DNA of 64,000 nucleotides. Source: Heterodontus francisci (taxonomy: Eukaryota). This document shows, in pieces, positions 21,382-33,370 of the stretch (within the stretch, counting starts at the first letter, position 1; every line of letters begins with the position of its first letter). The stretch lies in assembly GCF_036365525.1 (NCBI RefSeq), contig NC_090380.1:96743942-96807941 (forward strand), read 5' to 3'. The notes under the pieces are model-generated. The model worked only from the letters and a program-made list of their open reading frames with translations, was not told the origin of the DNA and did no database searches. The position numbers were made by a program, and so were the translations under genes.

Positions 21382-24300
21382 TAGAATCATAGAATGGTTA
21401 CAGCAGAGAAGGAGGCCATCCAAGCCATCATTTCCATGCCAGCTCTCTGCAAAAGCAACTCAGCTAATCCCTCTTCCCTGCCCTTTCCCCGTAGTCTTGC
21501 AATTTCTTTTTCTCTTCAGGTGTTTATCCAATTCCATTTTGAAAGCCCTGTTTGTACCTGTCTGCACCACACTCTCAGGCAATGCATTCCAGGTCGTAAC
21601 CACTCGCTGCATACAAAAGTTTTTTCTCATGTTGCTGGTGCTTCTTTTGCCACTCACCTGAAAGCTGTGTCCTCTGGTTCTTGACTCTTCTGCCAATGGG
21701 ATCATTTCTCTCTAGCTATTCTGTCCTGACCCTTCATGATTCTGAACACTTCTATCAAATTTCCTCTCAACCTTCTTTTCTCTAAGGAGAACAACTCCAG
21801 CTTCTCCAATCTATCCATGTTACCTGGAACCATTCTCGTAAATCTTTTCTGCACCCTCTCTAATGCCTTCACATTCTTCCTAAAGTGCGGTGCCCAGAAT
21901 TGGACATAATACTCCAGTTGAGGCTGAACCAGAGTTTTATAAAGGTTCATTACAACTTCCTTGTTTTTGTACTCTATGTCTCTATTCATAAAGCCCGGGA
22001 TCCTATATGCCTTTTTAACTGCTTTCTCAATCTGCCCTGCCATCTTCAACGATTTGTATACATATACTGCCAGGTCTTTCTCCTTTGCACCCCATTTAGA
22101 ATTGTGACCTTTATTTTATATTGCCTCTCCCCGTTCTTCCTATCAAAATGAATCACTTCACCCTCTTCTCTGCATTAAATTTCGTCTGCCATCTTTCTGC
22201 CCATTCCACCAGCTTGTCTATGTCCCCTTGAAGTTTATCACTGTACTCCTCACAGTTCACAATAGTTCCACGTTTTGTGTCTTCTGCAAATTTTGAAATC
22301 GTGCCCTGTACACCCAAATCTAGGTCATTAATATATATCAAGAAAAGCAATAGTCCTAGTCCGACAACTAGGGAAACACACTGTGTACCTTCCTCCAGTC
22401 TGAGAAACAATTGTTCACCAGTACTTTATTTCCTGTCACTCAGCTAACTTCGTATCCATGCTCCCACTGTCCCTTTTATTCCAAGGGCTTCAACTTTGCG
22501 CAAGTCCATTATGTGGCACTTAATTAAATGCCTTTTGGAAGTCCATACACACATCAACCACATCACCCTCATCAACCCTCTCTGTTAACTCATCATAAAA
22601 CTCAATCGAGTTAGTTAAACACGATTTGCCTTCAGCAAATCCATGCTGGCTTTACCTATTTGATTCAAACTTGTCGAAGTGAATGTTAATTTTGCCCCGA
22701 TAATCTTCTTTAAAAGCTTTCTCACCGTTGATGTTAAACTGAATGGCCTACAGTTGCTGGGTTAATCCTTACACCCTTTTTTGAACAAGGGTGTAATATT
22801 TGCTTTTCTCCAGCCCTCTTACACCACTCCCATATCTAAGGAAGATTGGAAGATTATATCCAGTACCTCTGCAATTTCCACCCTTACTTCCCTCAGCATT
22901 CTTGGATGCATCCCATCCGATCCTGATGACTTATCTACTTTAAGTACTGCCAGCCTTTCTAATGCCTCCTATTTATCAATTTTTAGCCCATCCAGTATCT
23001 TAACTGCCTCCTCTTTCACTGTGACTTTGGCAGCATCTTCTTCCTCGGTAAAGACTGGTGCAAAGTTTTTATTTAGTACCTCAGGCATGCTCTTTGCCTC
23101 CATGCATAAATCCCCTTTTTGTGCCCTAATCAGCCCCACCTTGTCTCTTTCTACCCTTTTACTATTTATATGCATATGGAAGACATTTGGATTCACAGGA
23201 ACAGAGGAAATAGGAACAGGAGTAGGCCATTCGGCCCCTCGAGCCTGCTCTGCTATTCAACTAGATTATGGCTGATTTTCTACCTCAACACGACGGAGGT
23301 GGAGGGGCGACATGATAGAGATTTACAAAGTTATGAGCGGCATGGACAGAGTGGATAGTCAAAAGAACAAAAAAGAACAAAGAACAGTACAGCACAGGAA
23401 CAGGCCATTCGGCCCTCCAAGCCTGCGCCGATCTTGATGCCTGCCTAAACTAACACCTTCTGCACTTCCGGGGCCCATATCCCTCTATTCCCTTCCTATT
23501 CATATATTTGTCAAGATGTCGCTTATGCGTCGCTATCGTATCTGCTTCCACCACCACCCCTGGCAGCAGGTTCCAGGCACTCACCACCCTCTGTGTAAAA
23601 AACTTGCCTCGCACATCCCCTCTAAACTTTGCCCCTCGCACCTTAAACCTATGTCCCCTAGTAACTGACTCTTCCACCCTGGGAAAAGCTTCTGACTATC
23701 CACTCTGTCCATGCCGCTCATAACTTTGTAAACCTCTATCATGTCGCCCCTCCACCTCCGTCGTTCCAGTGAAAACAATCTGAGTTCTTCCAACCTCTCC
23801 TCATAGCTAATGCCCTCCAGACCAGGCAACATCCTGGTAAACCTCCTCTGTACCCTCTCCAAAGCCTCCACGTCCTTCTGGTAGTGTGGCGACCAGAATT
23901 GCACGCAATATTCTAAATGTGGCCTAACTAATTTCTCCGCCCAAGTCTCCAACCGATCTATATCCTGCTGTACCCTCTGACACTCCTCGTCATTATCCGC
24001 AACTCCACCAACCTTTGTGTCGTCCGCAAACTTACTAATCAGACCAGCTACATTTTCCTCCAAATCATTTATATATACTACAAACAGCAAAGGTCCCAGC
24101 ACTGCTCCCTGCGGAACACCACTAGTCACATCCCTCCATTCAGAAAAATACCCATCCACTGTTACCCTTTGTCTTCTATGACCGAGCCAGTTCTCCATCC
24201 ATCTTGTCAGCTCACCTCTGATCCCGTGTGACTTCACCTTTTGCACCAGTCTGCCATGCAGGACCTTGTCAAAGGCTTTACTAAAGTCCATATAGACAAC

Positions 24301-25615
24301 ATCCACCGCCCTTCCCTCATCAATCATCTTCGTCACTTCCTCAAAAAACTCAGTCAAATTAGTAAGACACAACCTCCCCTTCACAAAACCATGCTGTCTC
24401 TCGCTAATAAGTTTGTTTGTTTCCAAATGGGAGTAAATCCTGTCCCAAATAATCCTCTCTAATAGTTTCCCTACCACTGACGTAAGGCTCACCGGCCTAT
24501 AATTTCCTGGATTATCCTTGCCACCCTTCTTAAACAAAGGCACAACATTGGCTATTCTCCAGTCCTCTGGGACCTCACCTGTAGCCAATGAGGATGCAAA
24601 GATTTCTGTCAAGGCCCCAGCAATTTCTTCCCTTGCCTCCCTCAGTATTCTAGGGTAGATCCCATCAGGCCCTGGGGACTTATCTACCTTAATGCTTTGC
24701 AAGACACCCAACACCTCCTCCTTTTTGATAATGAGATGACTGAGACTATGTGCACTCCCTTCCCTAGGCTCATCATCCACCAAGTCCTTCTCTTTGGTGA
24801 CTACTGATGCAAAGTACTCATTTAGTACCTCACCCATTTCCTCTGGCTCCTCACATAGTTTCCCATCTCTGTCCTTGAGTGGGCCAACCCTTTCCCTGGT
24901 TACCCTCTTGCTCTTTATGTATGTATAAAAAGCCTTGGCATTTTCCTTAATCCTGTTTGCCAATGACTTTTCATTACCCCTTTTAGCCCTCCTAACTCCT
25001 TGCTACTTATAGAATCTTTTACAGTCCGTTTTTATGTTTCTCACTAGTTTACTTTCATATTCTATTTTCTCTTTCTTTGTCAGTTTCTTGGTCCTCCTTT
25101 GCTGAATTCTAAAATGCTCCCAGTTCTGAGGCTTATCACTTTTTTGGCAACTTTATAAGCCTCTTCCTTTGATCTAATATAATGTTTAACTTCGCTTGTT
25201 AGCTGTCGTTGGATCAAATTTCCTGTTGGGCTTTTGTTCCTCAAATGAATGCAAATTTGTTGTAAACATCCTTTATCTATGTCTTTTTATCTTTTATCTT
25301 AGTTGCCAGTCTTTTCACATACTCGCTCTTTGTCTCTCTTCCCCTCTGAATTTTCTATATTCTGCCTGGTTCTCACTTGTATTGTCAAGCTGACATCTGC
25401 CATTTGCCCCCTTTTTCTGTTTCATCTAACTCTCTATCTCTCTTGTCATCCAGGGACCTGTGGCTTTGGGTGGCCGACCTTCACTCCTCATGGGAATGTA
25501 CCTCGACTGTTACCAAAATATCTCCCTTTTAAAGGCAGCCCATTGTTTGGTTACAGTTTTCCTGGCCAATCTTCGATTCCAATTTACCTGGGACAGATCC
25601 CTTCTCACCCCACTT
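21382..25615 (-). mobile_element. Nest of three CR1 LINEs (outer 21382-23195 plus ~25300-25615; middle ~23195-23290 plus ~25005-25290; inner 23362-25004)
   Basis: CR1 ORF2 pieces in ORFs 21460-21705, 21702-22049, 22153-22410, 22969-23196 and 23581-24963; three distinct CR1 tails. Confidence 0.85.
23581..24963 (-). pseudogene. CR1 ORF2 reverse transcriptase, 460 aa open, with an in-frame internal deletion
   Basis: KSPGPDG, NYRPVSL, QHGF, DFSKAFDKV, GVPQGAVLGP, KFADD; WAEK joins directly to LVRPHLEY at ~23931. Confidence 0.9.
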
Positions 25616-25687
25616 AAATTTTTAAAAAATATTATTCATTCATGGGATGTGGGCATCGCTGGCCAGGCCAGCATTTATTGCCCATTC

Positions 25688-28586
25688 CTAATTGCCCTTG
25701 AGAAGGTGGTGGTGAGCTGCCTTCTTGAACCGCTGCAGTCCATTTTGGGTAGGTATACCCACAGTGCTGTTAGGAAGGGAGTTCCAGGACTTTGACCCAG
25801 CAACAGTGAAGGAATGACGATATAGTTCCAAGTCAGGATGGTGTGTGACTTGGAGGGGAACTTGCAGGTGGTGGTGTTCCCATGTATTTGCTGCCCTTGT
25901 CCTTCTAGTTGGTAGAGGTCGCGGGTTTGGAAGGTGCTGTCTAAGGAGCCTTGGTGCATTGCTGCAGTGCATCTTGTAGATGGTACACACTGCTGCCACT
26001 GTGCGTTGGTGGTGGAGGGAGTAAATGTTTGTAGATGGGGTGCCAATCAGGTGGGCTGCTTTGTCTTGGATGGTGTTGAGCTTCTTGAGTGTTGTTGGAG
26101 CTGCACCCATTCAGGCAAGTGGAGAGTATTTCAGCACACTCCTGACTTGTGCCTTGCAGATGGTGGACAGGCTTTGGGGAGTCAGGAGGTGAGTTACTCG
26201 CCTCAGGATTCCTAGTCTCTGACCTGCTCTTGTAGCCACGGTATTTATATGGCTAGTCCAGTTCAGTTTCTGGTCAATGGTAGCCCCTAGGATGTTGATA
26301 GTGGGGGATTCAGCGATGGTAATGCCATTGTATGTCAAGGGAAGATGGTTAGATTCTCTCTTGTTGGAGATGGTCATTGCCTGGCACTTGTGTGGCGCAA
26401 ATGTTACTTGCCACTTATCAGCCCAAGCCTGGATATTGTCAGGTCTTGCTGCATTTCTACATGGACTGCTTCAGTATCTGAGGAGTCACGAATGGTGCTG
26501 AACATTGTGCAATCATCAGTGATCATCCCCACTTCTGACCTTATGATTGAAGGAAGGTCATTGATGAAGCAGCTGAAGATGGTTGGGCCTAGGACACTAC
26601 CCTGAGGAACTCCTGCAGTGATGTTCTGGAGCTCAGATGATTGACCTCCAACAACCACAACCATCTTCCTTTGTGCTAGGTATGCCTCCAGCCAGCGGAG
26701 GGTTTTCCCCCTGATTTCCATTGACTCCAGTTTTGCTAGGGCTCCTTGATGCCATACTCGGTCAAATGCTGCCTTGATGTCAAGGGCAGTCACTCTCACC
26801 GCACCTCTTGAGTTCAGCTCTTTTGTCCATGTTTGAACCAAGGCTGTAATGAGGTCAGGAGCTGAGTGGCCCTGGCGGAACCCAAACTGAGCGTCACTGA
26901 GCAGGTTATTGCTAAGCAAGTGTCGCTTGATGGCACTGTTGATGACACCTTCCATCACTTTACTGATGATTGAGAGTAGGCTGATGGGGCGGTAATTGGG
27001 GGGGTTGGACTTGTCCTGCTTTCTGTGTACAGGACATACCTGGGCAATTTTCCACATTGCAGGGTAGATGCTAATGTTCTGGCTGTACTGGAACAGCTTG
27101 GCTTGGGGCGTGGCAAGTTCTGGAGCACAGGTCTTCAGTACTATTGCTGGAATATTGTCAGAGCCCATAGCTTTTGCGGTATCCAGTGCCTTCAGTCGTT
27201 TCTTGATATCACGCGGAGTGAATCGAATTGGCTGAAGTCTGGCATTTGTAATGCTGGGGACTTCAGGAGGAGGCCGAGATGGATCATCAACTCGGCATTT
27301 CTGGCTGAAGATTGTTGCAAATGCTTCAGCCTTATCTTTCGCACTTATGTGCTGGGCTCTCCCATCATTGAGGATGGGGATATTTGTGGAGCCACCTCCT
27401 CCAGTTAGTTGTTTAATTGTCCACCACCATTCATGGCTGGATGTGGCAGGACTGCAGAGCTTAGATCTGATCCGTTGGTTATGGGATCGCTTAGCTCTGT
27501 CTATCGCATGCTGCTTACGCAGTTTGGCACGCAGATAGTCCTGTGTTGTAGTTTCATCAGGTTGACACCTCATTTTGAGGTATGCCTGGTGCTGCTCCTG
27601 GCATGCCCTCCTGCACTCTTCATTGAACCAGGGTTGGTCTCCTGGCTTGATGGTAATGGTAGAGTGTGGGATATGCCGGGCCATAAGGTTACAGATTGTG
27701 GTTGAGTACAATTCTGCTTCTGCTAATGGCCCACAGCGCCTCATGGATGCCCAGTTTTGCATTGCGAGATCTGTTTGAAATCTATCCCATTTAGCACGGT
27801 GACAGTGCCACACAACATGGTGGACGGTATCCTCAATGTGAAGGTGGGACTTCGCCTCTACAAGGACTGTGCGGTGGTCACTCCTACCAATACTATCATG
27901 GACAGATGCATCTGCGGCAGGCAGATTGGTGAGGACGAGGTCAAGTATGTTTTCCCCTCTTGTTGGTTCCCCCACCACCTGCCGCATACCCAGTCTAGCA
28001 GATAGGCCCTTTAGGACTCAGCCAGCTTGGTCAGTAGTGGTGCTACCGAGCCACTCTTGGTGATGGACATTGAAGTTCCCCCACCCAGAGTACATTTTGT
28101 GTCCTCGCCATCCTCAGTGCTTCCTCCAAGTGCTGTTCAACATGGAGGAGTACTGAGTCATCAGCTGAGGGAGGGCGGTAGGTGGTAATCAGCAGGAGGT
28201 TTCCTTGTCCATGTTTGATCTGATGCCATGAGACTTCATGGAGTCCGGAGTCAATGTTGAGGACTCCCAAGGCAACTCCCTCCCTACTGTATACCACTGT
28301 GCCACCACCTCTGGTGGTCTGTTCAGTGGGACAGGACATACCCGGGGATGGTGATGGTAGTGTCTGGGACATTGTCTGTAGGATATGATTCCGTGAGTAT
28401 GACTATGTCAGGCTGTTGCTTGACTAGTCTGTGGGACAGCTCTCCCAATTTTGGCACAAGCCCCCAGGTGTTAGTAAGGAGGACTTTGCAGGGTCGACAG
28501 GGCTGAGTTTGCCGTTGTCGTTTCCAGTGCCGGGTGGTCCGTCCGGTTTCATTCCTTTTTATTGACTTTGTTGTGGTTAGATACAA
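25688..28586 (-). pseudogene. APE endonuclease-reverse transcriptase ORF, broken by a few frameshifts and stops
   Basis: Collinear ORFs 28323-28586, 28043-28372, 26404-27987, 26111-26377 and 25688-26110; FADD changed to ITDD. Confidence 0.9.
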
Positions 28587-28819
28587 CTGAGTGGCTTGCT
28601 AGGCCATTTCAGAGGGCATGTAAGAGTCAACCACATGGCTGTGGGTCTGGAGTCACATGTAGGCCAGACCAGGTAAGGACAGCAGATTTCCTTCCCTATA
28701 GGACATTAGTGAACCAGATGGGTTTTTGCAACAATCGACAATGGTTTCATAGCCATCATTAGACTAGCTTTTAATTCCAGATTTATTAATTGAATTCAAA
28801 TTCCACCTTCAGCTGTGGT

Positions 28820-28895
28820 GGAATTTGAACCCATGTCCCCGGAGCAATACCCTGGGTTTCTGGGTTTCTAGTCCATTGACAATACCACTATGCCT
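28820..28895 (-). promoter_or_regulatory. Type 2 Pol III internal promoter (A box and B box)
   Basis: AGGCATAGTGG at 28895-28885 (TGGCATAGTGG in the SINE copy) and GGTTCAAATTCC at 28831-28820. Confidence 0.75.
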
Positions 28896-28914
28896 CCTCC
28901 TCCCCCTCCTCCTC

Positions 28915-29150
28915 TGTTGTGTGATCGCCTTAAGAGTGATGTCCCTTTATGAACTTAGTATGTTAATGAGTTAAGCATCAGGATGTAGTCATGTAACTAC
29001 AAGCCATCATCACTCTGCAACTGTAACATCCAGATGAAGGTTCTGTAAATAGTTTGCTCTGTACTGTACATACGAGTTTAGCTGTTAATAAACCTGTTAG
29101 AGATCTTCAATGACCTGGACTCCAAGCATCTCATTTATGTTGCATCAGAC
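28915..29150 (+). mobile_element. Probable solo LTR fragment
   Basis: Starts TGTTGTG, has AATAAA at ~29087, LTR-like composition; 3' CA end and TSD not clear. Confidence 0.35.
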
Positions 29151-29344
29151 TGCTGCTTGTCTTTTTCCATGGCTAACCTAAACATTATGATGCTGTGTAG
29201 ATTTCAGTGGGAATCAAATAGTTACCAACATTGCTATGAAGTCCAACTTGGAGACGTAGATGGCACTGATTGGGAAGGATGGTCAGTGCCAAACAGCTAA
29301 CCCAAATTAGCCATCAGCAGTGACAGAATTTGGCACCATTACAA

Positions 29345-29770
29345 AAATATCAGGGAAATTGAAAAGGCTGAGGCTTTTTTCTCTAGGAAAGAGAAGACAA
29401 GGAGGAGACCTGATAAATGTTTTTAAAATTATAAAAGGATTCAATCGAATGGATGTTGAGAAATTATTTCTACTTTTGTGTGAATCCAGAACAAGGGGAC
29501 ACAGATATAAGATGAGCAGTAACAGATCAAATAAGAGAATTTTGCAAGAAAGTCTTTGCATAGTACGAATTTGGAACTTGCTGCCACATGGAATGACTGA
29601 AGCAGATAGCCCAAATAATTTAATGGGAGGCTTGATGCATACATGAGGGAAATAGAGGGATACTGTGACAAGGTGGGAAGAGGTCATTAGAGTGGAAGGA
29701 GGCTTGTGTAGAGTATAAACACTGGCATGTATTAGTTGAGCATATAATATTTCTGTGCTGTGCATTCTCT
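29345..29770 (+). mobile_element. Old CR1 3' fragment
   Basis: LKRLRLFSLGKRRQGGDLINVFKII...RTRGH...WNLLP. Confidence 0.8.
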
Positions 29771-30496
29771 GCAATTATAGTTACAGTTTTGCCCTGAGAC
29801 CAGAAGATATTAAAGATACTCATCCCAGTCCTCCAACTTCTTTCCTGAAGTCCAACTAATAGAATGGGTTTACTGTCAGCAGGAAGCTGTAGATTATGAA
29901 TGGTTTAGGTGTGGTGTGTGAAATTGAATAATTAAGACTGAGCATTGGTACGCAATGTATAACAAACATGCAAAATATATGCAGAAGATAAAACTGGTAT
30001 CAATGGCAAAGCACACCATGATGTCGTTATGTAATATTCTACTACTTTGAATATAAATCACTTGAGCTGCCTTAACTGAAATCCTATCATTATTTTTGTA
30101 TAGTAACAAACAAAGAAAGTCAGCAGTCAATAGCTTCTGTATACTTGTCCCTACCTTCCTTACCCTGGAATTGAAAAATAAGAAAATTAAAAATAACATT
30201 TTATTTTTTCTCTTCTAGTTTCTTCTGCCTGGGATTGGCCTTATTCTCCTGTGATATTTACAGCTCTGTCCTTTCCCACTGCTTGGCTGTTTCCTGCAAC
30301 CTATGGGCCTGGTCTCAGACTGGCAGAAGAACCATGCGTATACAGTTACTGCCAGACTTTGACATCTCCTACTCACCTAGAGTCGGACTATTCAGTTTAA
30401 AATTGAAATTCCTTCTAATGCATGCCGACCTAAAACATAAATACTATGATTCCATGTTGAAATGGAGCATGAATTCCTAAAGGCGTCTGTGCCACG

Positions 30497-31464
30497 TGTG
30501 ACGGAAACCACACCTGCCAGATGGAATTATATTAATTTAATCATATGGAACATTATTTGACTGGATATTGAACATAATTTGTTTTCAAAAGACCACAGAA
30601 CAGTGGCTGAAAATATGACTGCACATTTGCACTCTAAAAGGTAGTGGCATGGAGAGACAATGGGAGTACTCCCAGATTCAATTAGCCAGGTGGGTTTTGT
30701 CAATAGTGATGATTAAAAGACATTGAGGCTCATTGACTGTGTAAGAACCAGCATTCTGCACCTCACCCGCCCCACCCCACGACACACACACATCCCCACT
30801 GAGAGTGTCTGGTAAGCTTGAAGGCATCCACAAACCTCACAGGAGAGGTTGGTTCAAACAGGGAGCTAGTCACCTGCTGGCCAATCGAGAGTTAATTGAA
30901 TTGTGCTCACAGAACAGTTGTTGGAAGAGACTACAATAGAACTTTAAGAGGAGAGCACTCCCTCTCTCTGTCTCTCTCTCTCACGCAAAGTTCCAGGGAC
31001 CCACGGAAGTTAATTAAGCCTCAAGACAGAAGACCAGCGAAACAAGTTTGAAAGTGTGCACTGGGTCCCAGTGAGAACTACGAGACTTAACTGCAATCAA
31101 AGACTTTACATACAACCCAAAACCAGTAGCTGAATTCCATCTACTACTTCAAACCTTCACCCTTTAATTCTTTCTTCTCCTCTGTATCTATTTGTGTGTG
31201 TGTTTATCACTTATGCATGCTGGGGTGGTCGCATCTTGTATTTTTTTTAGTAGTTTTAACTGAGTTAAAGTTTTAAGGTTAATAAACTTACACCTTTCTT
31301 GTTTAAACCTAAGAAAGCCTGTTTGGTTGATTCCTTTACAATTACAATTAGAGAGCAGTGAACAAGGACTCACTGGGGGGAAGCTAAAACACTGTGTTTT
31401 AAAAGTTAAACCAGGAAAAGGTCGAAAGGAGAGCCCTGAACCCCTTCCTCACCTGGTCTTAACA
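30497..31464 (+). mobile_element. Solo LTR (~970 bp)
   Basis: TGTGACGG ... GGTCTTAACA termini; AATAAA at 31281; partial second copy nearby; TSD not evident. Confidence 0.65.
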
Positions 31465-31773
31465 TGTGATAGAGAAATACACCTCACAATTCCAGAAATA
31501 GGGCAGATCTGTCACCTACAGCATGAGTCCCTACCACACTGCTCTACCCATAGCTATAAAGATGTCAACCGCCCTCAAAATTTATGGCACAGTGTCATTT
31601 CAGGCAGTCATGGCGGAAACAGTCAAAATGCAGTGCAGGAAAGCTGGGGGAATTCATACAATTTGACATAGCAGCAGGGCAGCATGGCCATCCTGACTCA
31701 TGGGATTGCTGGTTTTCCTGAGGTCCAGGGGTATAATACATAACACCCAACTTGCTTTGTGAGTTCCTACAGC

Positions 31774-32216
31774 CAAACCAGGAAAAGGCTGAAAGGGGAG
31801 CCCTAGACCCCTCCCTGGTCGTAACACACTCATTGGGGCCCAGTGCACACGTCCAAACTTGTTTCGCTGGTCTTCTGTCTTGAGGATTAAATTACTTCCG
31901 TGGGTCCCTGGAACTTTGCGTGAGAGAGAGAGACAGAGAGAGGGAGTGCTCTCTTCTTGAAGTTCTATTGCAGTCTCTTCCAACAACTGTTCTGTGAGCA
32001 CAATTCAATTAACGCTTGATTGGCCAGCAGGTGACTAGCTCCTTGTTTGAACCAGCCTCTCCTGTGAGGTTTGTGGATGCCTCCAAGCTTACCAGACACT
32101 CTCAGTGGGGCTGTGGGGTCGGCGGGGTGCGGGGTGGGGTGATGGAATGTTGGTTCTTACACAGTCAATGAGTCTCAATCTCTCTTGATCATCACTATTG
32201 ACAAAACCCACCTGGC
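31774..32216. mobile_element. Rearranged second copy of the same LTR
   Basis: 31774-31826 repeats the LTR 3' end directly; 31829-32216 is the reverse complement of 30685-31074. Confidence 0.8.
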
Positions 32217-32694
32217 ATTTTTTGATTAAATGAAGTTGACCTCTCTTGCTTTTACTGGGGTCTCACCGCAAAAAGCAGCAGCTACCCCTTCTGCTATTGC
32301 CATGCTTTGTTATTAATCGGGCCTTATTCCAAATAACTTATAATCATTAATTCAATTCGCAACCTGCTTTTTTTGTTATGAACAACGAAGTAAGACTTCC
32401 AGTTATCTCAGCAGGGAGAGAGATGGTACAATCAATTGATATTGGAAGAGAATTACAGTAGGAAAAGGAGTATTTGTCAAAAGACAGGTTTCCAATGGTG
32501 GAAGACAGTGAAATGAAGGGTACAGATTAGAATACATAGCATATGAACTCTTGTTTCTGAATCAGAAAGTCATAGGTACAAGCTCCACTCCTGGGACTTG
32601 ACTACATAATTTAGACTGACAGCTCAGTGCAGTGGTACTGTGGCCAAACTTTTTGCTAAAGCATCATTGCCAAAATCAGTCATTTATTTCTTTT

Positions 32695-32850
32695 TAAAAT
32701 TTGTTTCATGGGATGTGGGCATCGCTGGCAAGGCCAACATTTATTGCCCATCCATAATTGCCCTTGAGAAGGTGATGGTGAGCTGCTTCTTGAACCGCTG
32801 CAGTTCATGAGATGTAGGTACACCCACAGTGCTGTTAGGGAGGGAGTACC
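32695..32850 (-). mobile_element. 3' tail fragment of the tRNA-headed LINE family
   Basis: Matches 25636-25785. Confidence 0.85.
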
Positions 32851-33124
32851 TGGTAAAGAAACAAGCAGATTGGGTTCTGGACCCTGAAGAAAATAAGGGA
32901 GTTGTGGCCCTGAAATATCAGTCAGAGGGGCATGCACATGTGGCTACTGTAGCAGGAGGTGACTGAATCAGCAGACAGACAACCAAAGCAAAATATCATG
33001 AAAGCAAGTCAGTTTAGTAACTGAATAGTGTTGATTTATTTATTTCACTTGATTGGGCTAGTGTCCCCCAAATGAGGTTACCAGCACTTACCATTTGACT
33101 AAATAAATATTCCAGGAATACAAT

Positions 33125-33370
33125 AGAGCTGGACACCATGAGGGCCGAAATGTCCCAGGTATGATCGCCAGTCTGTGCTGAGTTAGCTGATCTTAGCTGG
33201 CTCGGCTGTTGGGGAAAAGTCGCAGGCCTCGGTACTCCTGAACTACGGAGAGGAGCAAACGTCAGGCAGAATTCCTATTCTGATTGTTGCCAGTGATAAT
33301 TGCGAGGAAGGAAGTTGAATGAGAGCAAGATTGAGATCAGTTGCAGCTTGCTCCTCCCATGGTCAAATCA
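33125..33370 (+). mobile_element. Ancient tRNA-derived SINE remnant (AmnSINE2-like by recall); weaker copies at ~37480-37660 and ~57290-57440
   Basis: GTCCCAGGTATGATC (B-box-like) followed by GTCTGTGCTGAGTTAGCTGATCTTAGCTGG. Confidence 0.45.

Larger units (their letters stand above)
25630..28903 (-). mobile_element. Near full-length single-ORF APE-RT LINE (CR1 group, possibly Zenon-like) with a tRNA-derived 5' head
   Basis: Sense order: A box, B box, ~230-nt structured leader, APE (LTNTWGL, PDIVILTESY, RGGGTVVY, TYRPP, LDLVLTN, SDH), RT (NYRPISLL, QFGFR, DIKAAFDRVWH, GVPQGSVLGP, TDDC), stop at 25688, short tail ending ATGAATGAATAA. Confidence 0.92.

Noticed and set aside
23581-24963. 460-aa CR1 ORF as a functional or domesticated RT
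   Set aside because: In-frame deletion after the FADD region, a frameshift near the C-terminus and no endonuclease; consistent with a young dead copy
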